64,000 nt of DNA. Origin: the human T2T-CHM13v2.0 reference genome, Homo sapiens. The stretch's first letter is position 1. Every line of letters starts with the position of its first letter. The notes below the pieces were generated by a model, which saw only the letters and a program-made list of their open reading frames with translations, made no database searches and was not told where the DNA came from. The stretch is from assembly GCF_009914755.1 (NCBI RefSeq), contig NC_060936.1. One strand, given 5' to 3'. A program made the position numbers and the translations under genes. Below are positions 49,782 to 62,757 of this stretch, in pieces.

Positions 49782-50580
49782 TCAATTCTACCCAAACTGA
49801 CCTATAGATGTAATATATCCCAATAAAAATGTCACCAGGATTTTTGTAGAAATTGATAATCTGATTTTAAAATTCACATGCAAATGCAAAGGAACTGGAA
49901 TAGACAACATGACTTTCAAAAAGAATAAAGTTAGAAGTCTAATGCTGCCTGATTTTTACTTATTATAAAGCTACCATTACTAAAACAATGTGGCATTGGC
50001 ATAAAGCTAGTGACCTAGAACAATGAACACAATAGAGAGTCCAGAAATAGACACACTTATATGTGGGCAATTTATTTTTTACAAAGGTGCAGGGGAAAGT
50101 CAGTGGAGAAATGACAGTTGTTTCAACCAATTATTATAAAATAATTGGATATCTCCATACCAAAAAGAAAATAAAAAGAAAATGAAAGTTGTAAAGAGGC
50201 TAACACAAAATAGAACTTATACCCATAATGAAACCTAGAAATATAGAATGACTAGAAGACAACATAAGAGAGTATCTTTATAACCTTGGTTTTGGTAAAG
50301 ACTTCTTAAATAGAACAGCACAAAATAAAAAATCACATATTATTGCTTCCTCAAAATTAGAAATATCTGTTCACAAAACACACTGTAAAATAATAGACTA
50401 TCATAGACTGGGTAAGAAAATTTTTGTGAAATGTATCTGATAAAGGACTTATACCATGTATAAAGAACTCAGAAATTAAAAGAAAAAGATTATCCAACAA
50501 AAATGGGAAAAAACATTTGTTTGGATACTTTACAAAAGAGAACATATGAATGGCAAATAAGCAATTAAAAGATGTTACAC
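49782..50580 (+). mobile_element. Ancient L1M ORF2 3' fragment
   Basis: 'tttttgtagaaattgataatctgattttaaaattc', 'atagagagtccagaaatagac', 'tatctgataaaggactt'. Confidence 0.8.
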
Positions 50581-51793
50581 ATTATTTAAAATGATCATAA
50601 TCTTATGTTACTTTGTGAAATAATGTGGTTAGATTTTGCAGCAAATCATTAAGCATTACCAATTCAGTGGAGAGATAAGCTTAGAACCAGAAGTGAATAG
50701 AAATTTCCAAAAATCCTAGAAGCTGAATTTTCAGAGGATAAAGAAGGAAGAGATTTGAGCCAATCTTTTTTAATCTTTTCTATGTCTTAAAGTCAGGAGA
50801 ACCCACTGTAAACTAGATTATATGGTTTAGATACAGAAAAAAATGTATAAGAATGATTGGCTGTGGTTAGCTCTATAGGATGTGATTATGATTGACATAT
50901 ATACCATCATATTTTCACTTCTCTATATATCTCATTTATCACAATGAAACTATATTATTTAATAATTAAAGATAATAAATTTAATAATTTAAGATGCCTT
51001 TTAAATATTCCTAATTATAAAAATACATTCCTATCAAACCAAAAAAAGCATATTAAATTATCTAACCCCATTTTGGAGACTGAAGTCACTGATAATAAAA
51101 TCTTAAAATATGTATGAACACACATAAAAACCTGAGGGCAATTTTATTTTCTACCCTGTCACTAGACATAAAGAAAGTAGCACCATTCAAACAATATCAC
51201 TAGTTACTTTGCCTTTTATTAACAATAGGAACTTATGAGATTGATAGAATGCCAAACCACAGGTGAAGGGCGCAATCAGTCTCAGTAGACATTTATCAGG
51301 AGTACATTGCAAAGCAATTAAGATTACTATTTAAATTGGTGCAGTTCATCTCCTTGGAATGAAAGGGCACATTGAGAATACAAGGGCCACACCCAGTTTA
51401 TAAGTGTTCTTAAGGCAAGTCAGAACTAGTACACATTGAAGGGATGAATAGTAAATGGACAAACTACTCAGCAATACCTGATGAAGAAAGACTGAATGAA
51501 AAAAAGTATTAGGGCTATTTAAAAATCAAATTTACATCAATTTTAAAAATGGATTCTTTGCACTACAAAGAACAGGTTTATTTAAAAACTTTTAATATGT
51601 TTTCCTTTGATTTGATTAATTGAATATACTTAAAAGAGTTCACAAAGACAAAGTAGGGATTTTGATTGTCATTCAATAAAAAAAAAAGAATCCTCATTTC
51701 AAATTTGCAGACTCCTGGTATGCAGAAGATCTGCCAAGACTTCTTGATAAAATGTCATCATAGTTCAGTCACAAAAGAAGAATAAGCACTAAG

Positions 51794-51965
51794 CAGAGCA
51801 AGCTTCATCGTTATGTTACCTGTGCAGTTACACAGAATCCTGAGTTTAGCAGGACCCACACTTGGTTTAATGCTCTGCTATATTGTCTTGAAATTCTTAA
51901 TATTTTCTGTATAAGGCCTATATTTTTATTTGTACTGGGTCCCTAAAATTATCTATCCCATTCTT
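51794..51965 (+). mobile_element. MER91A-like hAT MITE
   Basis: 'acctgtgcagt..cacag', 'cttggtttaatgctctgct...gtcttgaaattcttaata'. Confidence 0.75.
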
Positions 51966-52185
51966 AGAGTCACAATAACTAAAGTGAGGAGATGAGGAGG
52001 AAAAGGATTCCAAGCAGAACAGAAAATGGGCTAAAATCAGAAATTCCTGTAGCACATGACTTCATAAAAAATGAAAATAGCACTGTATTCTTACAGATCA
52101 AAAGGAAAAAATTGCATTTGGCAAGGCCTGTGCACTAATGAAAAAGTCAAATTATTAAGTTCCTTTTTAGGCCAAATTACAGATA

Positions 52186-52590
52186 CTGTTTCAGTTCAAG
52201 AACTCCAGAAAGCAGATGCCAAGATATAATTAGAAATGTAAAAGATTTATTGCCAAAAATGCCAGCAAAACTTTATAGTAGTTAGGGAAAACCTTCATAC
52301 CATAATGCAAGGATGACATTTGAGGGAAGAAAGGGAGATTGTTTAAGAAGAGTTGAAGAGTGTTGTACAGCACCAGTGAAGTCTTACCCAGGCTGCCCAC
52401 TACAGGAGTCCTGTATTGGTTACTAATAGTCCAGTTCTAGAACTTTTCCACTGTGCTCAGTCATTGGCTGGCAGCAGCTTGGAGAGTGACTCATCTTGGT
52501 GTGGGCCCTGAGGAAAATCCTACAAATACATATTGACAGCTAATGTTACCCCTGACAAGTTCTCTCCTGAAAAGAGATTTGAGTACAGTT
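52186..52590 (-). mobile_element. Old ERVL LTR (LTR16-like)
   Basis: 'agaaagcagatgccaaga...agatttattg', 'tgtgctcagtcattggctg'. Confidence 0.55.
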
Positions 52591-52673
52591 TTAGAGGTTT
52601 CAAATCGGCCTTGTTAAATCAAGTTTAGCCTAAAGCTGTCTCCTTTTATATTTTAAGTTTGGCCTAAAGGTTT

Positions 52674-53414
<741 letters not shown>

Positions 53415-53754
53415 GTTTCTCTGTACATAGTGAACTATAACCTAAATGGAGGTGTAAAGAGACTGTATAACCTACTTTTGTGCAGTCACCAAGTTTTGGC
53501 CAGTCAAAGGGGACCGACTGTTCAAACCATGTTCAAATAAGGCAAATGGCAAGCTGTAACCAATCTGGCTGTTTGTGTACCACACTTCCATTTTCTGTAC
53601 ATCACTTTTCTTCTTCTGTCCATAAATCTTCCACAACATGGCTGTGCTGGAGTCTCTCTGAATGTACTCTGGTTGGAGAGACTGCCCAATTTGTGAATAG
53701 TTCTTCACTCAATTAATCTCAGTTAAATTTGGCTAAGCATTTTCTTTCAACAGG

Positions 53755-53772
53755 TGGTGTCAGAAGTGGGAT
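53755..53772 (+). other. Primer-binding site complementary to the tRNA-Leu(CAA) 3' end
   Basis: TGGTGTCAGAAGTGGGAT, 2 nt after the 5' LTR's terminal CA. Confidence 0.85.
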
Positions 53773-55312
53773 TTGAAGTAGAGCTTCCAGAAACTTCCAG
53801 GAGCACTGAGTGACCAGGCAAGGTATCTGCCAGGCCCACTGTGTGGATTGTGCTCTTGCAGCAACTGGGGATCATGGTAAGTGCTCTCTCAGATTTTAAA
53901 GCTCCACAGATTTTTGTTTTGAGTTCCCTGAGTTTGAGAAAATTTCTGATCCAAATTGGGTATGAAAGTTACAACAGGGACTGTTCCGGGTCCAGGATTG
54001 GAGTGGATCCAACAGTTAACTGGCTTGGATCCAGTTAGATGCCTCTTATGTCTGACTGAGTCAGAGACAAAAAAAAAACAAAAACACAAAAAACAGTAGT
54101 AAATGGCAATATTGCAGTGGGTATAAACTTCAGCTTCTGGAAATTTGCAGGGATTATTTTGTTCTATCCCCATTTTTTTCTTGCATATTAATGTAGGGGA
54201 AAAATCATTGGCTAAGTTGATCTGAGAGCTAAAGCCAATATTTGAGGTAAAAATGGGGTCCTTGATTTCTGAAAAACTGAATACCTTCTGGCTTGTACTT
54301 GCATAAGTATTAGGCCCCAGAAATAGCAAAGTCTTACAGAAATGGTAAAATCTTACTAAAGATCATTTAAAGTTAAAGTAGAACATTCCAAGTGAACCAC
54401 ATTGTGCTTGAGGAAGTGCATTTGAAAATTAGGACTCCTGAATTAATTTCATCTAGCGATGTCTGTTGATACGCAGAAGCTCCTGAAAAGATTTCAGTAT
54501 TTTTATTTAAAGACTCTTTATAAAAGGCAAATAAAAACTTAAGTGACTAATTGATAAGAAAAATTAAATCTGCTAACCTTTTGGCTTAGGTGCTATTCTA
54601 CCTAAAGGTGAAAAGAAAAACCTCTTCTAAATAAAGTGTTTATAAAACATAGGCCCTCAAGTAAAATTGCTTCTTTTTCAGATCTATCCATGAAGAGGCC
54701 AGGCATAAAGAATGCTTTCTTTGCCCCATTCTTTAAAGGGCTCTACCCTGAACTCAGTAATTTTAGTAATTTTGACTAAGAAAAAGTAACTAAGTTAAAA
54801 AGAACACCTATCAAACTAAAATACACCTTTTTGTAATTTAATTGGCTATCTTGAAACCATTCTGTAAAAGAAATGTATATCTACAAAGGAAATCTCCATT
54901 TTTAAGGATGTCTGCCTATGTGCATTAGAAACTCTTACCATTGTTTTAAATTTATATAATAAGTCAAACCTTTGTATAATGTGCTTTTCTGGCCATCTCA
55001 TCTTGATGAAACTTTTACTTGACACCACTTTTTTTCTCTTGGTTTGTGCAAATGACACTATTTAGGCCTAAAATCTTAGCTCTGTATTTATGAAATACAA
55101 ATTTCTTGTTTCACTTAAGAGTTGTCCCTTCAGGAATGCCTTTTTTTCCCCTTAGTTAACAATTGCTTAGAGCAATGAAATGGGTAATTGGAGGATTAAT
55201 AGTCTGAATGCAGAAAAGAAAAACTAACAGCTGGCTAATGATAATTCTTTATGAAAGCTATGAGATTTGCTTATGTGTGTTTGTATGTCTATATATATTA
55301 TGTGTATGTGAT

Positions 55313-56390
55313 TGTTGATGAAAAAAGTTAAACTCTGTAAAATATTTTAAGAGATTTATTCTGAGCCAAATATGAGTGACCATAGCCTATGACACAACCC
55401 TCAGAGGTCCTGAGAACATGTGCCCATGGCAGTTGGGGTACAGCTTGGTTTTATATATTTTAGGAAGGCATGAGACATCAATCAAATACATTTCAGAAAT
55501 ACGGCAGGACATGGTGGCTCACACCTGTAATCCCAGCACTTTGGGAGGCCGAGGCGGTGGATCACAAGGTCAGGAGTTCGAGACTAATCTGGCCAACATG
55601 GTGAAACCCTGTCTGTACTAAAAATACAAAAAATAGCTGGGTGTGGTGGCTGGTGCCTGTAATCCCAGCTACTTGGGAGGCTGAGGCAGGATAATCGTGC
55701 TTGAACCTGGGAGGCAGAGATTGCAGTAAGCCGAGATCGCACCATTGTACTCCAGCCTGGGTGACAGAGTGAGATGCTGGGGAAAAAAAAAGAAAGAAGG
55801 AAGGAAGGAAGGAAGGAAGGAAGACATTGGTTCAGTTCAGAAAGGCGGGACAACTCAAAGCAGGGGCTTCCAGGCTATAGGTAAATTTAAACATTTTCTG
55901 ATTGACAATTGGTTGAGCTTATCTGAAGACCTGGGATCAATGAAAAGGAATGTTTAGGTTAAGGTAAAGGATTGTGGAGACCAAGTTTTATTGTGCAGAG
56001 GAATCTCTCAGATAGTGAACTTCAGAGAGAGAGTAGGTTGTAAAATGTTTCTTATCAGACCTAAAAGGGTGCCTGGCTCATAGCTGATTATCTCCTGGGT
56101 TTTAGAAGGAAAGAAGAAAGGAAAACAAAGGGGAAAAGGGATATAGAACGTGGGTTTTTCCCACAAGAGACTTTGCAGGGCAATTTCAAGGTATAGCTAG
56201 GAAATATAATTTGGGGTAAAACATTTTGATTTTCTCCTTTATTATGCCAGAGTCAGATTGGAAAGTAAGTCATGACATACAGGGTCAATTAAAACCAATC
56301 TGATGAGAATTTATGATTTTGTAGGGCATGACTCTCCAGACCCCTAAGGTTGGCATTTGGGCAAGATAAAAAATCAGAGTTTAGTCCTCA
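55313..56390 (-). mobile_element. MER4 (D/E-like) LTR nested in MER57 internal region, containing an Alu
   Basis: Reverse complement starts tgaggactaaactctgatttttt; 'gagatttattctgagccaaatatgagtgacca'. Confidence 0.85.
55503..55822 (+). mobile_element. AluS with (GAAG)n tail
   Basis: Alu body; tail runs into a gaag microsatellite at about 55790-55822. Confidence 0.93.
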
Positions 56391-57379
56391 CCAATATGGC
56401 CCCTTCTTTCCTGCTTTTCCTGTTTTGTCTCCTGGCTGTTTTGAGAGAGTTAGACAGGCTCTAACCTTCATAGATGTGGTGACTGTTCTAAATTGCCGTA
56501 ATAGTTTATGACCAATGTTTGGTTTGTCAAACCCATATGCTTGGAAAGACGATCAAACTTCAGGTACATTTCTGCTACCCAATGTGCCACTTAAACATTT
56601 ATAGAAGGATTTGAATTGAACCTTTGTCATGTTCAGTGCATGTTTTCTGGTTGTAAGAAAGCTTTCCCATGCAAAAGGGCTGATGTTGTAACACTAGCTC
56701 ATATACCAAAGTGTACTTTCACCAGATTAAGAAAGCTTTTTATGGTCTCCTGACTGAGAACAGTCAACTTCTTCACAATCTAGAACCCAAAGATTCAATC
56801 TTCTGAGAACATCATAGAAAGATTGCCCTTGCCATCCACACTGAAGCAAAACTTGGGAACGTTGAACCTTGGGTTCATAATCTTACAACTCAGAAGGTTC
56901 CCTCCACACTCTTGAATGTATAGCCATTGGAAACCTTAAGGTAAAGCTAATCAGGGAAGTTTATCCCCAGTCTCCCCAGAAGCAGACGGCACGCTTGACA
57001 TGGACAACTTTTTTCCCGAGACCATGAATCAAGATATCTTTGCTCTCGTGAGATACTTATCTTTCTATTTTTTTAAAAAATTAAGCCTATATGAACTATA
57101 GAAATGAAAAATAAGTCTTTCATGTGCATTTGTGAGGTATACTTTTATTTAAGAAAAATTTTGTAGCCAGCCTTATACATGACAACCTTTTGCCCTGATA
57201 GGTGGAAGACAAAATGTCAATGCATGTGAAAATTCTTAAGAATATATCTGTTGCCTCATAATCAGTCTGAAACAGAATATTGGCTCACTCATCTTGACAT
57301 GCATCATGGGTTAAAGCAAAGGTTGCCAAGAGGTCTTCGTTCTTCTAGATGGACATGATTTATTAGGTCTTTATGTCAT

Positions 57380-57894
57380 GGTTTGGAGTAAATGAGGCAA
57401 TGATTAAAAATTTAATTCCTCATGATAGGCTGTGTAGGAGATTTTAATATAAAGGCTATGGTTACACAGCAGACTTCAAATTACCTTGTGAAAGTTATAC
57501 TAAATAATAGACTTGTTCTAGATTACTTACTGGCTAAACAGAGATGTATTTGTGCAGTTGTTGGCATGTCTCATTGCACATGGAGAAATACATCAGTATT
57601 ATATTCAATTGCAGGGAATTAGCAAACAGACTGGTTGGATAAAGCCAGTAGACTTTTACCTAACTTATTATTTGATCTATTTGATTTTAGTGTGTTGGGT
57701 TCATGGGTACCTTGGCTAAGGAGCATACTCCAAACTCAATAGTCATAATAGTAGTCTCTCTGGTACACTGCATTCTCTCAAAAGTCTACAATGTTTGCAT
57801 GCAGCCATCTACAGAATGTCAAACTGTATATCTTCACCTGGAATGGAAAGACCTGAAAGAAATGTGTGACCATGTGGGCACCATAACCTATTAA
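57380..57894 (+). pseudogene. env TM remnant of MER57 internal region
   Basis: ORF 57422-57622 'LNNRLVLDYLLAKQRCICAVVGMSHCTWRNTS' resembles the immunosuppressive domain with a decayed CX6CC; hydrophobic 'IVIIVVSLVHCIL' follows. Confidence 0.8.
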
Positions 57895-58849
57895 TGACAT
57901 GCTAAGACCAGAAACCCAAAATGGTGGTAACTGAGAGTGCTGCTAAGGCCCTAAGTTTTGACCATATGCTCACCAAAGTGAGAACTTGACCAAAAGGGGG
58001 GAAATTTTAAGCAAAATTGTGGAAGGCCTTTGTTTCTGTCTGAGCTCATGCACTAGACCCCAACAGACCAGACCAAACTAAAATAGGATCATTTATGGTA
58101 TATGTGACATAGTCAAACTAAGACTTTAAGGAAACAGATAGATCCTAGAACAGACCAGTTTTTGCTTTTCTCCTGTAAATAGGATATTCCAGCACAAGGA
58201 GGGATGCTGTACAATAATTGTTAAAAAAGAATAACCTGAAGTCTTTGTTTCCACCTTAAAAAACCCACTGTTCTGCTATTTTCCAGAGCGTTTTGAGACC
58301 AAATAAGTACAGAGTATTTTGAGACACAATAAGTACATTTATGATGGTGATAGTAACATCAATAACTAAAGTTTTGGTCAATCTCAAAATTTAGAGGATG
58401 ACCAAAATTGGGGAAATGTTAAGTTTAACCTAAAGCTGCCTCACGTATTTTAAGTTTGGCCTTAAGGTTTCTTCTATATAGTGAACTATAATCTAAGTAT
58501 AGTTGTAACAGACTGTAATCTATTCTTCTGCTAATCACCGAGTTTTGGCCAATCAGCTGTTCACACTGTAACCAAATAAGGCAAATGCCAAGCTGTAACC
58601 CATCTGCTGTTTGTATACCTCACTTCTATTTTCTGTAAATCATTTTCCTTCTCTCCATAAATCTTCTGCCACATGGCTGCACTGGAGTCTCTCTCAGCCT
58701 ACATGGGTTGGAGAGGCTGCCCAATTCGTGAACTGTTCTTTGCTCAATTAAACTCAGTTAAATTTAATTTGGCTAAGGATTTTCTTTTAATACCCTTCTA
58801 GAGTTTGGTCATTCTTACCTGAGAAGCCAAGCATCCAACATGGTGGTTA

Positions 58850-60060
58850 TCCAATAGCCAAGTGTGTCATTCCAATTATAGAATTGGAAATTGGCAAAAT
58901 AATCAATTGTTGGATCTCTTGACACTGCAGAGATGGTCTAAGCTGAATTTTAGCCAGGAATCCATTTACAACATGGCTGTCATATGTCACCAATCAGGAG
59001 GTTATGATTATGCTTTTTATCTTCAAGTATTAATGTCAACTAACAACCTGGGTCTAATTGTCTTTCAAATGTTGTGATACTTCTCTTTCCCCAGCACTCA
59101 CTCAACAAAGTAAACGACCATAGATTCCTCTGGGGAAGTACTAGAGGAATCTTTGTAGTATGTACTTGCTGTTGTATTATAGGATCATTCCTCCTGTAAA
59201 CTTAGATATCTCCTTTTTCAGTGGTATACAGACTTTAAAATTGACTCAGGCATGAAAACTGAGCAAGAGATTGAGACTTCATATCTGGGTTATTGTCCTC
59301 AACCTATTGCTCCTTCACTTTTGACTTCTGATTGTAGATATTAAATAGAAAACTGGGTAATTGCCCTGCTATTTGTCCCTAGGGATGCCACGTTCCATTA
59401 ACTATCTACACAACCACCTGTGGGTCAAGACTTCTTGAGTATCCCTTGACATTGACAGTCATTATAAAAATTATCACCCCTCTGCCTTTGGATAGTTAAA
59501 TACTACCACTACCAATAACAGCAATTTCTTTTGGGACCCATCATCCCCATTGTGCAATTTAATAAGCCAATTTTGGGTTCTAAGGCTGCCTGTCCTACTG
59601 GCAGCCTTGACTTACCTATGAAGCAACAGTGAACTTCATGATATAATTGCCAGTACCTTTTTCACCAGCATGTTTTTGGTGATCTTGGTGAAAGTTGTGT
59701 CCTCTGGGTCTTCTTCTGGAGCATAATGCTGTGGTGACTCATATAATATAATTATTTCAGCTAGCCCATATTTCTAAACCATATTATGATTTCTTCTACT
59801 ATCCGACATTTCAACCCAAACATCTTTTACTTTTGCTCAGCATTAGCCTCCACTTACTCCATTCTTCTAACATCTATTCTAGTCATAAATTCTCTGTATC
59901 CCATGGAATATCTGCCAAGGTGTTAAAGCCTATGTCCCAGATATGTTCCTCTAAGTTGATTTATTCTTGTTTATCCACTCTTATATTCTAGTTTACCTAA
60001 AAATTTGATGATATATTTAGCTTGTCTTTACTGATGCCTATTTTCTCCTCTGGTAGTCAT
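58850..60060 (-). mobile_element. Decayed ERVL-type internal (gag-like) sequence
   Basis: 'gtgtcctctgggtc', 'ttcttctactatc..catttcaac', 'gccaaggtgttaaa' recall antisense ERVL gag; weak. Confidence 0.45.
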
Positions 60061-60884
60061 ATTGAATAGAGTCTAAGTTTCTCAGTATATCTATCTTTGT
60101 CTTTCTTCTCTATCTCTCTCTCTCTCTCTCTCTCATACCCTTTTCTCTAACAATATCTAAGAAAACAAAATTGATAGGTTTCTCAGCTTAAGGCTATTCT
60201 CTGCCTCTTTAGATTTACTATGTAGGAGTCAAACCCATTTCCAATCACTGTGGGCACATAAATTCTCTAATAGCTATTTTCAAGTTTGCTTTTCTTAGTT
60301 TGAGATAAAGAAGTAGGAAACTTACTCCTTTCTTTTGAATGGGGGCAGACATCATTAATCACATCAATGTGACAATTATCTCTAAATAAATCATTTACTT
60401 CAGATCCTCTGTAATCTTCAACTTTAGACCCTTTCATAATACCCATGTGTTTGAGGACTTTAAGAGTCATCTAAGCCCTTCTCTCATACTTAATTTTTCA
60501 ATGTTAACTTTAGGTTAGTACCTCACTTCAGGTTATCCATATGCATTTATCTTGATGTTTCAAGGTACTTCAAATTTAACATCAGTTACAATTGCATGGA
60601 GTAATTTTAGCACTTTCAGTTAAGTGACAGATTGCAATGAGTATGAGGTAAAAAATGGAGAAAGCAAGAGTAGCCTACTTTGTCAAGAGTGCTTACTGTT
60701 GCTAGAAGGGGATAGGTAAACCAGTATACGAAGAAGTAATGGAGTTTCTCAAGGGAGATTGTTTTGTTTTGCTTTATTTTTTAAATGTAGGCAATTAAAG
60801 TATGTTACATTATTTTGAGAAGGAGCAAGTCAAAAGAAAAAGATTGTTGATAAAAGAGAGAAGATAATGTATAGTCCATAATCC

Positions 60885-60935
60885 ATATATATATACACAT
60901 ATATATATATACATATATGTGTGTATATATATATA
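60885..60935. repeat. (TA)n-rich microsatellite
   Basis: Visible. Confidence 0.85.
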
Positions 60936-61869
60936 GAATCATTAGGATTCAGAGTACTGACAATGTAAAGGAAAAGCTAAGGAGAAAAACAGACAGGTCA
61001 TATATATATAAGCAAGTTAGTAAGACTGATAATCATTCCTCTTTTATTTCTTCTCCTTTCACTCTAAAGTTGAAGTTGAAAGCATCTCAAATGATTGAGA
61101 GATAATTTTAAAAGGAAATTGAAATAAGTTCCCTGGAGTTTGGTAATTTATCAGTCATCAACTGTCTGATGTTTTCTTCTCCTCAGAAAAAAAAATAAAA
61201 TAAACCTAAGAAGCTGCCTGAAGCTATCAGTGGTTATATGGTGTGGAGTCAGGATGGAAAACATTGTACAAGCTGCACTTCCATTTGACATTATAATAAT
61301 ATGTGAGCTACTTAAGAGGTAGAAAGCAGAAAAGTATGTAGCTAAGAGATATGGGAGAATTAAATCTAAAAAAGCTGCACTTCTGAAAAAGGGGAATGGG
61401 TAAATCCTATGAGCGATGGTAGATGGGAGATGGGGTGCAGTCATTAAAGATAGCCAAAGTATTGGTGTTTTATTGAGTTTAGCATGGGAGAGTGTCTCTG
61501 CAAAACTCACTAATATGCTGTATGAAATAATTTGGATGCTTGTCACAATGGAGAGCATAAGGGCCAACAAGAGTCAGCCAAAAAGTAGTTAAAATCAGCA
61601 TAACAACATAAAAATATCTAATACATTTCCCTCTCCTCAAACTTGGAGTACAGATAAGATTCAGATTGGGGAAGAAAATGAAGCCAGAAGAGAGAAAAAA
61701 CAATAGCTAATAGCCTTTCCTATTGTTTAGCCTCTGATTTTAATAAAGGGAAACAGGAGAAGACTTGAATGGAGTATACTCCATGTAATTATTTATATTT
61801 ACATTTACATTTTGTAACTTAAAGCTTTTTAACACTAAAAATTGAAAACTAGTCGTCTATATTTCCTTT

Positions 61870-62120
61870 ACTGCATTCATTCCTGCATGTAATCAATAGA
61901 TATTTAAGCTCTACTATGTGGCAGATACTGGGATATGCACTAATGGCATAAAGAGAAATAAGAAACATGTTGGTTCTTGAGAAAACTATAGAGGGATATA
62001 TTTAGCAAACTCAGTTGTTGGTCAGTTATACCTAAGAAAAACGTACTAAGAACAACTTTCTAAAAGAAATAAAGCATGAGTAACATCTTAAAAGATAAGT
62101 AGAATTTCAGCAACTAAACT
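61870..62120 (-). mobile_element. L2 3' end fragment
   Basis: 'cattcattc...atattta.gctctactatgtg.cagatactg'. Confidence 0.6.
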
Positions 62121-62232
62121 TAAATGATTTATTCAAAGAAAAATGCAGAAAAATTTCAAGCAAAGTGTTCAATGTGAATAAATAATAATAGACATATATA
62201 ACCTCTATAACCTGGCTCTAGTTTGTTTAGAG

Positions 62233-62453
62233 AAAGCTTGTCCAACCCATGGCCTGTGGGCTGCATGTAGCCCAGGATGGCTTTGAATATAGCCCAACAC
62301 AAATTTGTAAACTTTCTTAAAACATTATGCACCACTGCCTTTATTTTTATTTTTTATTTTTTTCAGCTCATCAGCTATTGTTAGTGTTAGTGTATTTTAT
62401 GTGTGGCCCAAGACAATTTTTTCTTCAGGGAAGCCAGAAGATTGAACACCCTT
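62233..62453. mobile_element. MER30 hAT MITE
   Basis: 'agcttgtccaacc...cccaggatggctttgaat...gtgtggcccaagacaatt...agattgaacaccc'; 8-bp flank gtttagag on both sides. Confidence 0.9.
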
Positions 62454-62461
62454 GTTTAGAG

Positions 62462-62680
62462 CAAGAGTCAGCAAACTTTTCTGTGAAAAGCCAGAAAGTA
62501 TTTTAGGCTTTGCAAGTAAAATGGTCTTTGGTGCAACTACCCAACTCTGCCAATGTAGGCAAAAAGCAGCCATAGAAAAAACATAAGTAAATAGATATGG
62601 CTGCATTTCAATAAAATTTCACGTATAAGAACAGTTGGTAGCATGGGTTTGGTCCTCAGACTATAGACTACTGATCCCTC
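62462..62680. mobile_element. MER58A-like hAT MITE
   Basis: 'gtcagcaaacttttctgt...tattttaggctttgc...gcaactac.caactctgcc'. Confidence 0.85.
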
Positions 62681-62757
62681 TTCTAGAGCATAGAAGCATC
62701 GTTTTAATTTTAGAGTTTGAGGTGCACTTTTGAAATCACTTTTACAAAAATCATGAC

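Noticed and set aside
61151-61570. 139-aa hydrophobic ORF, and the similar 140-aa ORF at 31029-31451
   Set aside because: No recognisable domain; consistent with chance ORFs in biased or L2/MST-derived sequence
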